Part shown: positions 8,282-16,900 of the stretch, piece after piece
Layout: the number at the start of each line of letters is the position of its first letter
Numbering within the stretch: the first letter of the stretch is position 1
Virus record (IMG/VR): IMGVR_UViG_3300030620_000015
Coordinates: 1-41,800 of that record
Origin: a virus
Lineage: Duplodnaviria > Caudoviricetes
Direction: 5' to 3' (one strand)
Length of the DNA stretch: 41,800 bases
Position numbers and translations under genes: made by a program
The notes under the pieces: generated by a model
The model's database searches: none
What the model was told of the DNA's origin: nothing
The model's input: only the letters and a program-made list of their open reading frames with translations

Positions 8282-8600
8282 CAAGTATCGGCGCGCCTGC
8301 GAACGAACGCTGGTCGACTACATGCTCGAGATCGGCGTGACGAAGTTCGGCACCGATGACGACATGCAGCCGATCATCGTCAAGCAGCAGTCGATCCAGG
8401 TGAACAAGGAGAACTCCGAGCAGATCAGGCAGTGGCTGCTCGACACGGTCGGGGACGACTCCGACTACATGAAGACCGAACTCAGCAAGAGCGCGGTCCT
8501 GGAGCTCGTGAAGGATCGCTCCGAGAGCGGAGACGAGATCCCCGAGTTCCTTGGGTTCAAGGAATCGCCCGGACTGCGGGTGTTGGGCTGGCAGAAGTGA
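8193..8600 (+). CDS. Conserved-type phage protein preceding the SSB-like gene (135 aa)
   Basis: GGAG RBS before ATG 8193. N-terminal coiled coil and a C-terminal E-I-P-E-F-L motif. Confidence 0.75.
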   Translation: MDATLMTLFTAYKLARQTYDEAKRRSDEADKYRRACERTLVDYMLEIGVTKFGTDDDMQPIIVKQQSIQVNKENSEQIRQWLLDTVGDDSDYMKTELSKSAVLELVKDRSESGDEIPEFLGFKESPGLRVLGWQK

Positions 8601-8704
8601 GCTGGCTCAGTTTTGTCGCCGGCCTTTGGGTCGGCTCCTGCGTCACGCTCATCTGGGCGTGCCACCAAGCGATGAAGCGAGAAAGGACGAACTACGATGG
8701 GTGA
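8597..8704 (+). CDS. Small single-TM protein (35 aa)
   Basis: GTGA overlap. SWLSFVAGLWVGSCVTLIWAC hydrophobic segment. Confidence 0.55.
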   Translation: MSWLSFVAGLWVGSCVTLIWACHQAMKRERTNYDG

Positions 8705-9467
8705 ACTCCAAGTGTGGGCTCCGAGCCCCTTCGACGGCGATGACCTGCTCCCCGTGGCCCTGGGGGCCAGGAAGGTCGACGACACCGGCCGGCAGAACAT
8801 CGAGCCCGGCGACCTGATCTTCCCGACCCTCAAGATGCTGCAGGGCAGCAGCGAGGAAGTGAAGCAGGGCGTCGATGGCGCCAAGGCTGGGCTCTTCTGG
8901 CTCACGGGGGTCAACGAGGTCTTCAAGCCCCCGATCCGCGTGCTGGCCTGCGCGCACACGAAGTCGCGGACCCTGTTTCCCAAGCCGGACCGTCCCGAGC
9001 ACGCCGGGCTCCAGGAGTGCTTGTCGCGAGACGGTCGGTGGGGCAGCAGCTACGGCGACTGCGTCTCTTGCAGCCACAAGGACTGGGACAGCGTGAACTC
9101 CCGACCGCCCGCATGCAGTGAGAGTCACAACTTCACGGTTCTCACCCCCATGGGGCCGGCGATCATCCGATTCGCGCGCACGAGCATCAAGAGTGCGCGG
9201 AACTTCCTGACAGCTTGGCGGATGTCGCCCGACACGCTGTGGTCGCACCCCATCGTCATCACGACGAAGATCCGGACGGACATGGTCAACGGGCGCCCGA
9301 GCACGACCCACGTGATGGAAATGCGCTGGCTGATGCGCGAGAATGTCCCTCCCGACGTGCAGGCGGCTGCACGCACGATCTACGACCAGGTGATGACCGC
9401 GAATGTCGAAGGACGATTCGACAACCAGCAGCAGAATGGCGTCGACACCGACGACGTTCCCTACTAG
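8697..9467 (+). CDS. Putative single-stranded DNA-binding/annealing protein (256 aa)
   Basis: SSB-type acidic tail DTDDVPY, four-Cys Zn module, and position directly before the primase-helicase. Confidence 0.7.
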   Translation: MGELQVWAPSPFDGDDLLPVALGARKVDDTGRQNIEPGDLIFPTLKMLQGSSEEVKQGVDGAKAGLFWLTGVNEVFKPPIRVLACAHTKSRTLFPKPDRPEHAGLQECLSRDGRWGSSYGDCVSCSHKDWDSVNSRPPACSESHNFTVLTPMGPAIIRFARTSIKSARNFLTAWRMSPDTLWSHPIVITTKIRTDMVNGRPSTTHVMEMRWLMRENVPPDVQAAARTIYDQVMTANVEGRFDNQQQNGVDTDDVPY

Positions 9468-9482
9468 CTCGCGGACAGAAGA

Positions 9483-9510
9483 ACGGGCCGCCCCGCTACA
9501 GGCGGCCCGT
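9483..9510 (+). promoter_or_regulatory. 10-bp GC hairpin immediately upstream of the primase-helicase RBS
   Basis: ACGGGCCGCC-8 nt-GGCGGCCCGT with no U-tract. GGAGGG follows at 9512. Confidence 0.5.
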
Positions 9511-9523
9511 CGGAGGGACTGCG

Positions 9524-12500
9524 ATGAACAGCGCGTTCAGGGCTGTCAAGGAAGCTGTCCGGAAGAGTCCGGAGGCCATCCTTGCCGAGTTCGGCGTCAA
9601 AGGCAAGAAAGAAGGGAAGAAGCTCACCGCCGAGTGGAACACCGGCTTCCTCTGCCCCCTCTGCAACGACCAGAGTGGCAGTGCCAGCTTCTCTCAAGGG
9701 CTGCACCTGATCTGCCATCAGTGCGGAGCTGGATCGCAGGGACACAAGGGGCTCGATGTCTTCGACTGGGCTTCACGGTTTCTCGGCAAGTCCCCCTGGG
9801 ACGTCTGCAAGCACATAGCTGATCGCCTCAACGTCTCGCTGCCGAAGGTCAAGCGGCCGGCTCAGGGAGTGAGGAGCATGCCGTCTCGAATGACGGCAGA
9901 CGTCCTGAACGCAGCGCAGATCGATCTGTGGGAGGACTACCATGCCAAGTCTGCGCGCGAGGAACTGCAGCGCCGTGGTTTCGGCGATCAGCTGCAGCTC
10001 GTGCGCCTTGGCATCGGCTGGATCCGCGGATGGATAATCTTCACCACGCGCGACGCTGGCGGCCGGCTGCACGAGCGATATCGGGGCTGGAACCCGTTGG
10101 CCTCCAGGGGTAACGCCAAGTGGCAGTGGTTCGGCCACGCCAAGGGGACTGGCGGCGTCGGGTTCTGGCCGTCCACCCCTCCGGAGGGGGAGGGCCCGGT
10201 GCTGTTGTGCGAGGGCGAGGGGGACACGCTCACGGCGATCGTGCGACTGCGCCTCCCCTACCACTGCGTGACCTGGACGGCCGGGGCCAGCAGCTTCCCG
10301 GCTCCCAACGAGCTGCCTACGTGGCTTCGCAACCGCGAGGTCCACGTCGCCTACGACAACGACGTCTTCCAGGGTCCTGACTACGCAAGCTATGCGGTGG
10401 TCACGGCGCCTGGCAAGCTGCCAGACCACGCCAGACAGGCGATGCAGAACCGGTTGCGGATACTCCTCGGCCGCCTCTGCCCCACCCTTGCCTCCGCCGG
10501 CAACAAGGTCGTCCTCCGCAAGTGCCCGATCGACCCCCACAAGAACTTCGGGGGCGACCTGCGGGACTGGGCGGACGCCGGCGGCAGGGACTTCGAAGGC
10601 GAGTGGACTCCGTTCCCGTTCGAGAACCTGCCGGACTACACGCGGCCCGTCAAGGACGTGGTGTTCGTCGACGTCTTCGAGCAGTTCGATGACACCCCGG
10701 TTCGAACTGCCATGCAGGTCGAGACTGTCGGGCACAACACGCTCACGATCCCGCAGGTGATGCAGATGGATTGCGCGATGGGACAGCATGCCAGCTGCGC
10801 TGTATGCCCCGGAGCTCGCCGCTTCCCCGACGGAGTCGTCGACCTGGACCCCTACCAGTCCGAGCTCGCGCAAGCCCTGAGCTCGAAGAACCCCAAGGAG
10901 GTCATCAAGGAGCTCGTCATCAAGGCGCCGCGCAGCTGCCCTGGGCTCGACCTAGCGACGGTCCAAGGTCGTCGAGGCGCTCACTGGACGGCCTACGATG
11001 CGGACGATCCGACGCATGCGTCGCTGACCGTGTTCAGCTCGGACCAGCCCAGCCTGAGCGGCGAACTGGAAGTAGAGGGCAGCGTCTTCAACAACCGGCT
11101 CGGCAGCGGTGTCGTCCTGATGGCCAGCAAGGTCCGCTCCCAGGACACGGCCGTCGACATGAGCGAGTTCCACAACGACTTCCTGCAGGAGACTCCGGCC
11201 TTCACGAACGACATCGACACGCTGTGGGAATACTTCGAGACTCGATGGCGCGACCTGAGCGCCAACGTCACGAAGATCTACGGGCGGCGCGACGTGCAGA
11301 TCGCTTTCGATCTGCTGCTGCACAGCACGTTACTCCTGCCGCTGAGCGGGAAGGCGCTGCGCGGATGGCTCGACATCTGCGTCCTCGGGGACACCAGGAC
11401 CGGGAAGTCGGAGACGTTCCGGCGCTGCATGCAGCACGTTCGCATGGGCGTCGTGCAGGCTTCGACCGGGAACGTCTCCCGTGCGGGGATGATGATGGGA
11501 GCCAGCCGCGACGGGCTGCTCAAGCCGGGAGCGTTCCCGCGCAACGACGGCAAACTGATGCTGTTCGACGAAGCGCATCACATGTTCCGGCACCTACGGA
11601 CGCCGGCAGACGGCCGGCCGATGGCGTGGATGCAGGACCCCAGGGACCAGGGCATCGCGCACGGCATGAAGATCTACGGTGACCGCTCGCTGCTCGCTCG
11701 AGTGCGGCTGGCCCTGATCTCGAACTGGATCGGCCGCAAGTCGAGCACGTTCATCTTCCCCTGCCAGCATCTCGCAGCCCTATACGAGACGCCGGAGTCG
11801 CTCGCTCGCCTGGATTTCGGCGTCGTCGTTCAGGGTCGGCCGACGGAAACGTCGCTGCCGGAGGCTGAGCACTTCTGGACGGCCCCTCGAGCCAGGGCGC
11901 TGGCCCAGCGGGCATGGTCCCAGGAGCCCCACCACGTGTTCATCGACGAACAGGCCGAGATCATGGCGAGGGAGCGGTGCGCGGCCTGGGCGACCGTCTA
12001 CGACGACGACAAGGTCCCCCTGTTCACGGTCGAGGAGAAGTGGGTCAGTGTCCTCCGGGTTGCTGCAGCAGCCGCCAACGTGTCCTACAGCCACAAGGGG
12101 AAGGACTTGCTGAGCGTCCACGTTCGCCCTGTGCACGTCGAGTTCGCTTGCCAGTGGCTGGAGCACACCTGGGAGCTCTCCAGCTATGGCGCCTACTCTG
12201 CTTCGGCGAGGAAGTCGCAGAACGTAGTGAACCCAAAGATGGCGGAACGCACGGTCCTCTGCGACACGAACACCAGGTCGCCGGAAGCTGCGCAGGTGTT
12301 GATCGAGCAGCTTTCCGAGCCCTTCACCGTTCAGGAGCTGCAGACAATCCTGGGCCTGGAGCAGAACGTTGCGAACGGATGGCTTCGGAGGATGCAGAAC
12401 TACCGCGTTTTCGAGCGGTCGCGTTGGGATGGGCGAACCACCTACTTGCCGACGGGGGGTGGCAAGGAGTTTCTGCGCGAGCTGCAGGACATCGCGCAGC

Positions 12501-12613
12501 AGCTGGACCAGGGAGAGTGGGATAGCTATTGGGGCGCACTGATGGCGAAGCAGGACATCGGCGGGCTCTTCCCGATGAACGGACGCCAGGAATCAGAAGC
12601 TACGCCGTTCTGA
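9524..12613 (+). CDS. Zn-finger/Toprim primase fused to MCM-like AAA+ helicase (1029 aa)
   Basis: CPLC..CHQC; Toprim LLCEGEGD and YDND; MCM-like DICVLGDTRTGKS, GNVSRAG, KPGAFPRNDGKLMLFDE, LARVRLALISN, ESLARLDF; acidic-aromatic tail. Confidence 0.85.
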   Translation: MNSAFRAVKEAVRKSPEAILAEFGVKGKKEGKKLTAEWNTGFLCPLCNDQSGSASFSQGLHLICHQCGAGSQGHKGLDVFDWASRFLGKSPWDVCKHIADRLNVSLPKVKRPAQGVRSMPSRMTADVLNAAQIDLWEDYHAKSAREELQRRGFGDQLQLVRLGIGWIRGWIIFTTRDAGGRLHERYRGWNPLASRGNAKWQWFGHAKGTGGVGFWPSTPPEGEGPVLLCEGEGDTLTAIVRLRLPYHCVTWTAGASSFPAPNELPTWLRNREVHVAYDNDVFQGPDYASYAVVTAPGKLPDHARQAMQNRLRILLGRLCPTLASAGNKVVLRKCPIDPHKNFGGDLRDWADAGGRDFEGEWTPFPFENLPDYTRPVKDVVFVDVFEQFDDTPVRTAMQVETVGHNTLTIPQVMQMDCAMGQHASCAVCPGARRFPDGVVDLDPYQSELAQALSSKNPKEVIKELVIKAPRSCPGLDLATVQGRRGAHWTAYDADDPTHASLTVFSSDQPSLSGELEVEGSVFNNRLGSGVVLMASKVRSQDTAVDMSEFHNDFLQETPAFTNDIDTLWEYFETRWRDLSANVTKIYGRRDVQIAFDLLLHSTLLLPLSGKALRGWLDICVLGDTRTGKSETFRRCMQHVRMGVVQASTGNVSRAGMMMGASRDGLLKPGAFPRNDGKLMLFDEAHHMFRHLRTPADGRPMAWMQDPRDQGIAHGMKIYGDRSLLARVRLALISNWIGRKSSTFIFPCQHLAALYETPESLARLDFGVVVQGRPTETSLPEAEHFWTAPRARALAQRAWSQEPHHVFIDEQAEIMARERCAAWATVYDDDKVPLFTVEEKWVSVLRVAAAAANVSYSHKGKDLLSVHVRPVHVEFACQWLEHTWELSSYGAYSASARKSQNVVNPKMAERTVLCDTNTRSPEAAQVLIEQLSEPFTVQELQTILGLEQNVANGWLRRMQNYRVFERSRWDGRTTYLPTGGGKEFLRELQDIAQQLDQGEWDSYWGALMAKQDIGGLFPMNGRQESEATPF

Positions 12614-13047
12614 TGAGCAACAAGCTGGAGATCTGCCTGCGCAAGGCTGGCCGTGAGCTCGCTGACTGGCAGATCGCGCGCTTCTTCAAGGTGCCCGAGG
12701 AGATGACGCAGACCCCATGCGACTTCTTCGGCTATACGGTCTACGGGCGCGCCATCCTGATCGAGGCGAAGCACGTCAACAGGCCGAGGCTGCCGATCGG
12801 CTGCAGCCCAGGAATCCAGCCCCACCAGTGGAATGAGCTCCTCAGCGCCAACAAGGCTGGAGCCCTGGCGCTCGTCGTGTGGGGTCGCGGCGGGCTATGC
12901 CGTGCCTTCACGATGGACATGGCCATCCGGTTGTCGGTCAAGTCGAAATCGATTGCCTGGGACGACCTGCCAGCCCACCTGGATCGAGAGATCCGACCTA
13001 CGAAGTGCCTGGAGATGCTGGACCACTGGCTGCCGCTAGGGACGTAG
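12613..13047 (+). CDS. recU: RecU-like Holliday junction resolvase (PD-(D/E)xK)
   Basis: FFKVP...TPCDFFG...ILIEAK...IQPHQ motifs; TGATG coupling. Confidence 0.8.
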   Translation: MSNKLEICLRKAGRELADWQIARFFKVPEEMTQTPCDFFGYTVYGRAILIEAKHVNRPRLPIGCSPGIQPHQWNELLSANKAGALALVVWGRGGLCRAFTMDMAIRLSVKSKSIAWDDLPAHLDREIRPTKCLEMLDHWLPLGT

Positions 13048-13248
13048 GTCAGCAGCCACTCCGGCAGCCAGCGCCTTGCTCAGGGCCGTGGATGCCGGCG
13101 TCGTGGTGTGCACGATCGCCGCGCCTCTCAGCACCAGCGACATGGTCGCCGGGCTGTTGGCCGTGTTGGCGAAGATCGAGATGATCTCAGAGATGTTGAC
13201 CATCTGCGGCAGCCCGCTGGTCTCCTCGATGACGACGATGAAGCTCAC
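13036..13248 (-). CDS. Hypothetical protein (70 aa)
   Basis: GTG start overlapping the upstream stop. Last gene of the late arm. Confidence 0.6.
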   Translation of the reverse strand: MSFIVVIEETSGLPQMVNISEIISIFANTANSPATMSLVLRGAAIVHTTTPASTALSKALAAGVAADLRP

Positions 13249-13667
13249 TTCTTCGCTCCGTTTCCGTTGTTGTTGCCCGGGATCAGCCTCCCGAGCTGCC
13301 GCCTGTAGACCCAACCCAGCCAGCACACGGCGACCAGCAATGCCAGCTTGGTTGTCCAGTCGAGAGCGTCGAACTCATGGACGTTCTCGGAGATGGTGTC
13401 CGGCGGAGGGATGAGCAGGTCAGGGCCTCGCTGCTGCGGGACCAACGACCCCACGTTCACGACCTCCGTCGGCTTGAGCTTGTAGCCGAACGATACCCCG
13501 ACGAAGTCGGAGTCCCCGGCTCCGAACGGGATCTCCGCGAAGTCGAAGCCAACGCCACCGTCTCCGGCGAACGTCCGCCCGTAGTGCAGCTCGACGTTAT
13601 CCGGGATCGGGGAGCAGCTAGCCAGCAGGAGGAGCAGGAGGCTTCTTGCCAAACAGCTTGGGCGCAT
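13245..13667 (-). CDS. Lipoprotein with C-terminal TM helix (u-spanin-like topology)
   Basis: Lipobox LLLASC; C-terminal LALLVAVCWLGWVY followed by RR. Confidence 0.65.
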   Translation of the reverse strand: MRPSCLARSLLLLLLASCSPIPDNVELHYGRTFAGDGGVGFDFAEIPFGAGDSDFVGVSFGYKLKPTEVVNVGSLVPQQRGPDLLIPPPDTISENVHEFDALDWTTKLALLVAVCWLGWVYRRQLGRLIPGNNNGNGAKK

Positions 13668-13905
13668 GCTTGATCCCGAAGTAGCCCAGCACGAGGGCTA
13701 CGGCTCCGTCGGCAACGTCGCCGAGGACCCCGCGCACCCCGCCGCCACCGTAGGCCGAACGCATGGCGTCAATGATGACCTGCTTGGTGTCCGACGGCAG
13801 GTCTGAGTTGTTCACGACGTCGATGGCCTTCTCCAACGAGAAGGAATCGAACATGCCGCAGCTCGTGAGCAGCATCAGGAGAGCGATCAGCAGCAACTTC
13901 TTCAT
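13618..13905 (-). CDS. Lipoprotein with C-terminal hydrophobic segment (spanin-like)
   Basis: MKKLLLIALLMLLTSC lipobox; GAVALVLGYFGI followed by a basic tail. Confidence 0.7.
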   Translation of the reverse strand: MKKLLLIALLMLLTSCGMFDSFSLEKAIDVVNNSDLPSDTKQVIIDAMRSAYGGGGVRGVLGDVADGAVALVLGYFGIKHAPKLFGKKPPAPPAG

Positions 13906-16900
13906 CAGTTCCTCTCGACGATTCTGCGCGCCAGTTCGTAGGAGCGCTTGTTGGCTTCTTCTTGGCTCATGCGCCCCTCGCGGGCGGCCTTGCGGAGATC
14001 GGACAGCTGGCGAACAGCCGTGTCCACCCGTCTCTTCAAGGACTTCTCGCGCACCGAGAGTTCGTCCTCGCGTTGCGTGATGTCAGTGCGCATCCCGTAG
14101 AGCTCGTCGACGTAGCGGCTCTGGCCGTGGACCTGCTGGCTGTAGAACCGGCGGAACATCGAGATCCCCGTCGGGGAGAAGGCTGGGTGGTCCTTCGCTC
14201 CAGTGACCTCGTCGAGGGTTCGGAGGACTGCCGTGCTCGTGCCCGCTGTGTAGCCGCCGAGCAGGTGCTCGATCTCGATGGGCGTCAGCACGCCGTTCAT
14301 CACCCTGCTCATCAGCTTGGCCGACTCCGACGTCATGAACGTCGCCTGTTCCTGCGGCTTCTGGCTGCGGAGGATCCAGTCAGGCGTGAGGTCGCGGCCG
14401 GTGAAGAAGCTGTAGTTCGTCCATACTTCGTAGAGCGGCTTCGCAAAAGCCGGCATCACGTCGAAGTAGGGGCCCATGACTGACGACGCGATTTCCCTCA
14501 ACCCGGCGGGGTCGTTGCCCACCATGCGATCGAGCATCATCTCCGGAAGCGACCCGAAGATCGTTCCGGCTTCGAACGGCTTGGGGATCGAGATGATCTG
14601 CCCCCCGATCTTCATGTTGAAGTAGTAGACCTTCCGCCAGTCGGGCAGGTCCTGATACCACTCTTCGTCTTTGTTCATCGCCCACAGGAAGACCGCTGGA
14701 ACGGTGATGTTCGCCATTCCATTCAGCCAGGCTGCACGCTGCACGCGAGCCTTGTTGGCTTCACCCTTGGTGTCCACGCCGCCTTGCAGCAGCTGGCCGA
14801 ACAGCTTGCGTTGCCCCTGCAGGCCGGCGTTGAAGTAGGGGATGATCTGGTTGAGGATGCGGCCGTAGACGCCGGCCCGCGCGAAGTTGACGGTGATCTC
14901 GCGGCCGGCTTCGAGCGCGAGCATCCTGGCTTCCGTCTCGCTCGACCCCCTGGCTCGAGCCTGATCGTAAGCCTCCTTGAAGGCGTCCATGCGCAGGTAG
15001 CTCTCCGGCGTTGCCAGGAACCTCTGCGCCTTGTCGGTCCACTCCTTGAGGCCATGCATGATGCCTGGATGCTGCCCTGCGAGCTGGCGAGCACGCCCCT
15101 CGTTCAGGAACGACGCCGTCTTAACTCCCAGCTCCTCGTAGAGATCCCGGATCGCGCCACCCTCGTGGTAGAGCTTCGCTCCTCGCCACAACCTGGCGAA
15201 CCCGCCGAACGGTCGGAAGCGACCTTGCGGGTCGAACATCGGCTGGCTCATCGCGTCGCGCACCAGGTTCGCCACGGTGAACGCCGGCTGGATGCCGGTC
15301 GCGAAGAAGCGGATGACGTCACGCGGAGCCTGCAGCCACTTCATCACCGGCTGCATCGACTCCGGCAACTGCGGCATCTTGTCGATGCCCATGAGCGCCT
15401 CGTAGACCTTGGTATCGACCTCCATCCAGACGACCTTGCCGTTCTGGCGGCGCAACGCAGCTGCTGCGGCTCCCTGGCTGGTCAGGCCATTGATCTCCCT
15501 CTCCGTCAGCCGTGGCGTGTAGGCGATCATGGCCTTCTGGTCGGTCGGCATCGTCTTTTGCGTGAACAGCGTGATGGTCTGCGGGTTCAGCGCGTCAGCA
15601 GCCTGCAGCGCTTCGAGCATCGGATCGAGCTCTGCATCGCCCAGCTTCTCCTGCAGCAGCTCCAGGACGCGCTTGACGCTGTGCTCGTGCGGGACGTTCT
15701 TCGGCTGGACCATCGTCGCCAGGCCGCCGACCTCGTGCCCTGCAGCCATCTTGTAGAGAGCCGTCATGACCTGATGCTGGTGAGCCTTCGCGATCAGGGA
15801 CCGGGCAGTGTCCTGCAACGCCCGCAGCGGGTCCTGGATCTCGAACTGGCTGCCCTTGGCTCGGTGAAGCCCAGTTCCTCGCTCCGCGATCCCTCGGCCT
15901 CGACCGTGCGCTGCAGGCCCCTCCATGACCCTGAACATCGGGACGTAGACGACGTAGGCGTCCTTGATCCGCGACGCGGTGTCCACGTCGATCGCCCCGG
16001 ACTGCTGCACGTAGTCGACGAGTGCGTCGGTCCACTTCTTGAGCGCGCGAGCTGCCGTGCGGATCTTCGGGGTGTTGGTCTGCCGGATCGTCTCGATGTA
16101 GTCGCTCGGTGGAAGCATCGCCTTCCGACCGCGCTTCATGCGCTGCATATTGATGACCGCCGTGACGTGATCCAGGAAGTCCGCGGTCTCTTCCGGCGTG
16201 AAGTCCTTGAGCACTTCGGCCATCCCGGGGATCTTCCCTCCGGAGGGAAGGCGGATGCCGTTGAGGATGTAGTGCTCGGCGGTCTTGGACGCAGTCATGC
16301 GCAGCGCGTCGTATAGGCGCGCTGGGTCGCTGGTGATGTCGACGTCCTCTGGCTTGCGGCCTACGGCTTCGAGCCACTTGTCCTGGCTCTTCTTCATCTC
16401 GGCCATGTCGTCGAGCCACGCCTTGTCCAGAACGGTCTTCAAGCGCTCGACGACGCCCGGCTTGTGCCGTTGCTCTTCCGCTGTCGGTTGGTCGGTCTGG
16501 TGCACGCGCTCCATGCGCACGCGACCCCTGGCTCCCTGCGCGTTGTAGCTCGCGATCAACTGCTGGATGCGTAGATACTGCGGACGCAGCGCCGCGTTCT
16601 CAGCGGCGGCCAGGAACCGGGTGTGCCACTGCGAGAGCGATGGATACTTCGCCGCCAGGTGAGGATCGCCGAGCAGGTTCCGGGCGTGCCACTCAGCCCA
16701 GCTCTCCGCCCACTTCATGCGCAGCGGCATCTTCGCCGGGCCTGATCCGTAGCGCTGCAACATCGCGTCCATCTCGTCGATGATCCGCGAGTCCTGCCGG
16801 ACCGCCTCGCGGGCTTGTTGCAGGCCAGCACGCAAGTAGCCATGACCGCTCTCTCCGATCATGTGGCGGTGCATCGCGTGCGACCACTCGTGTGCCGCGA

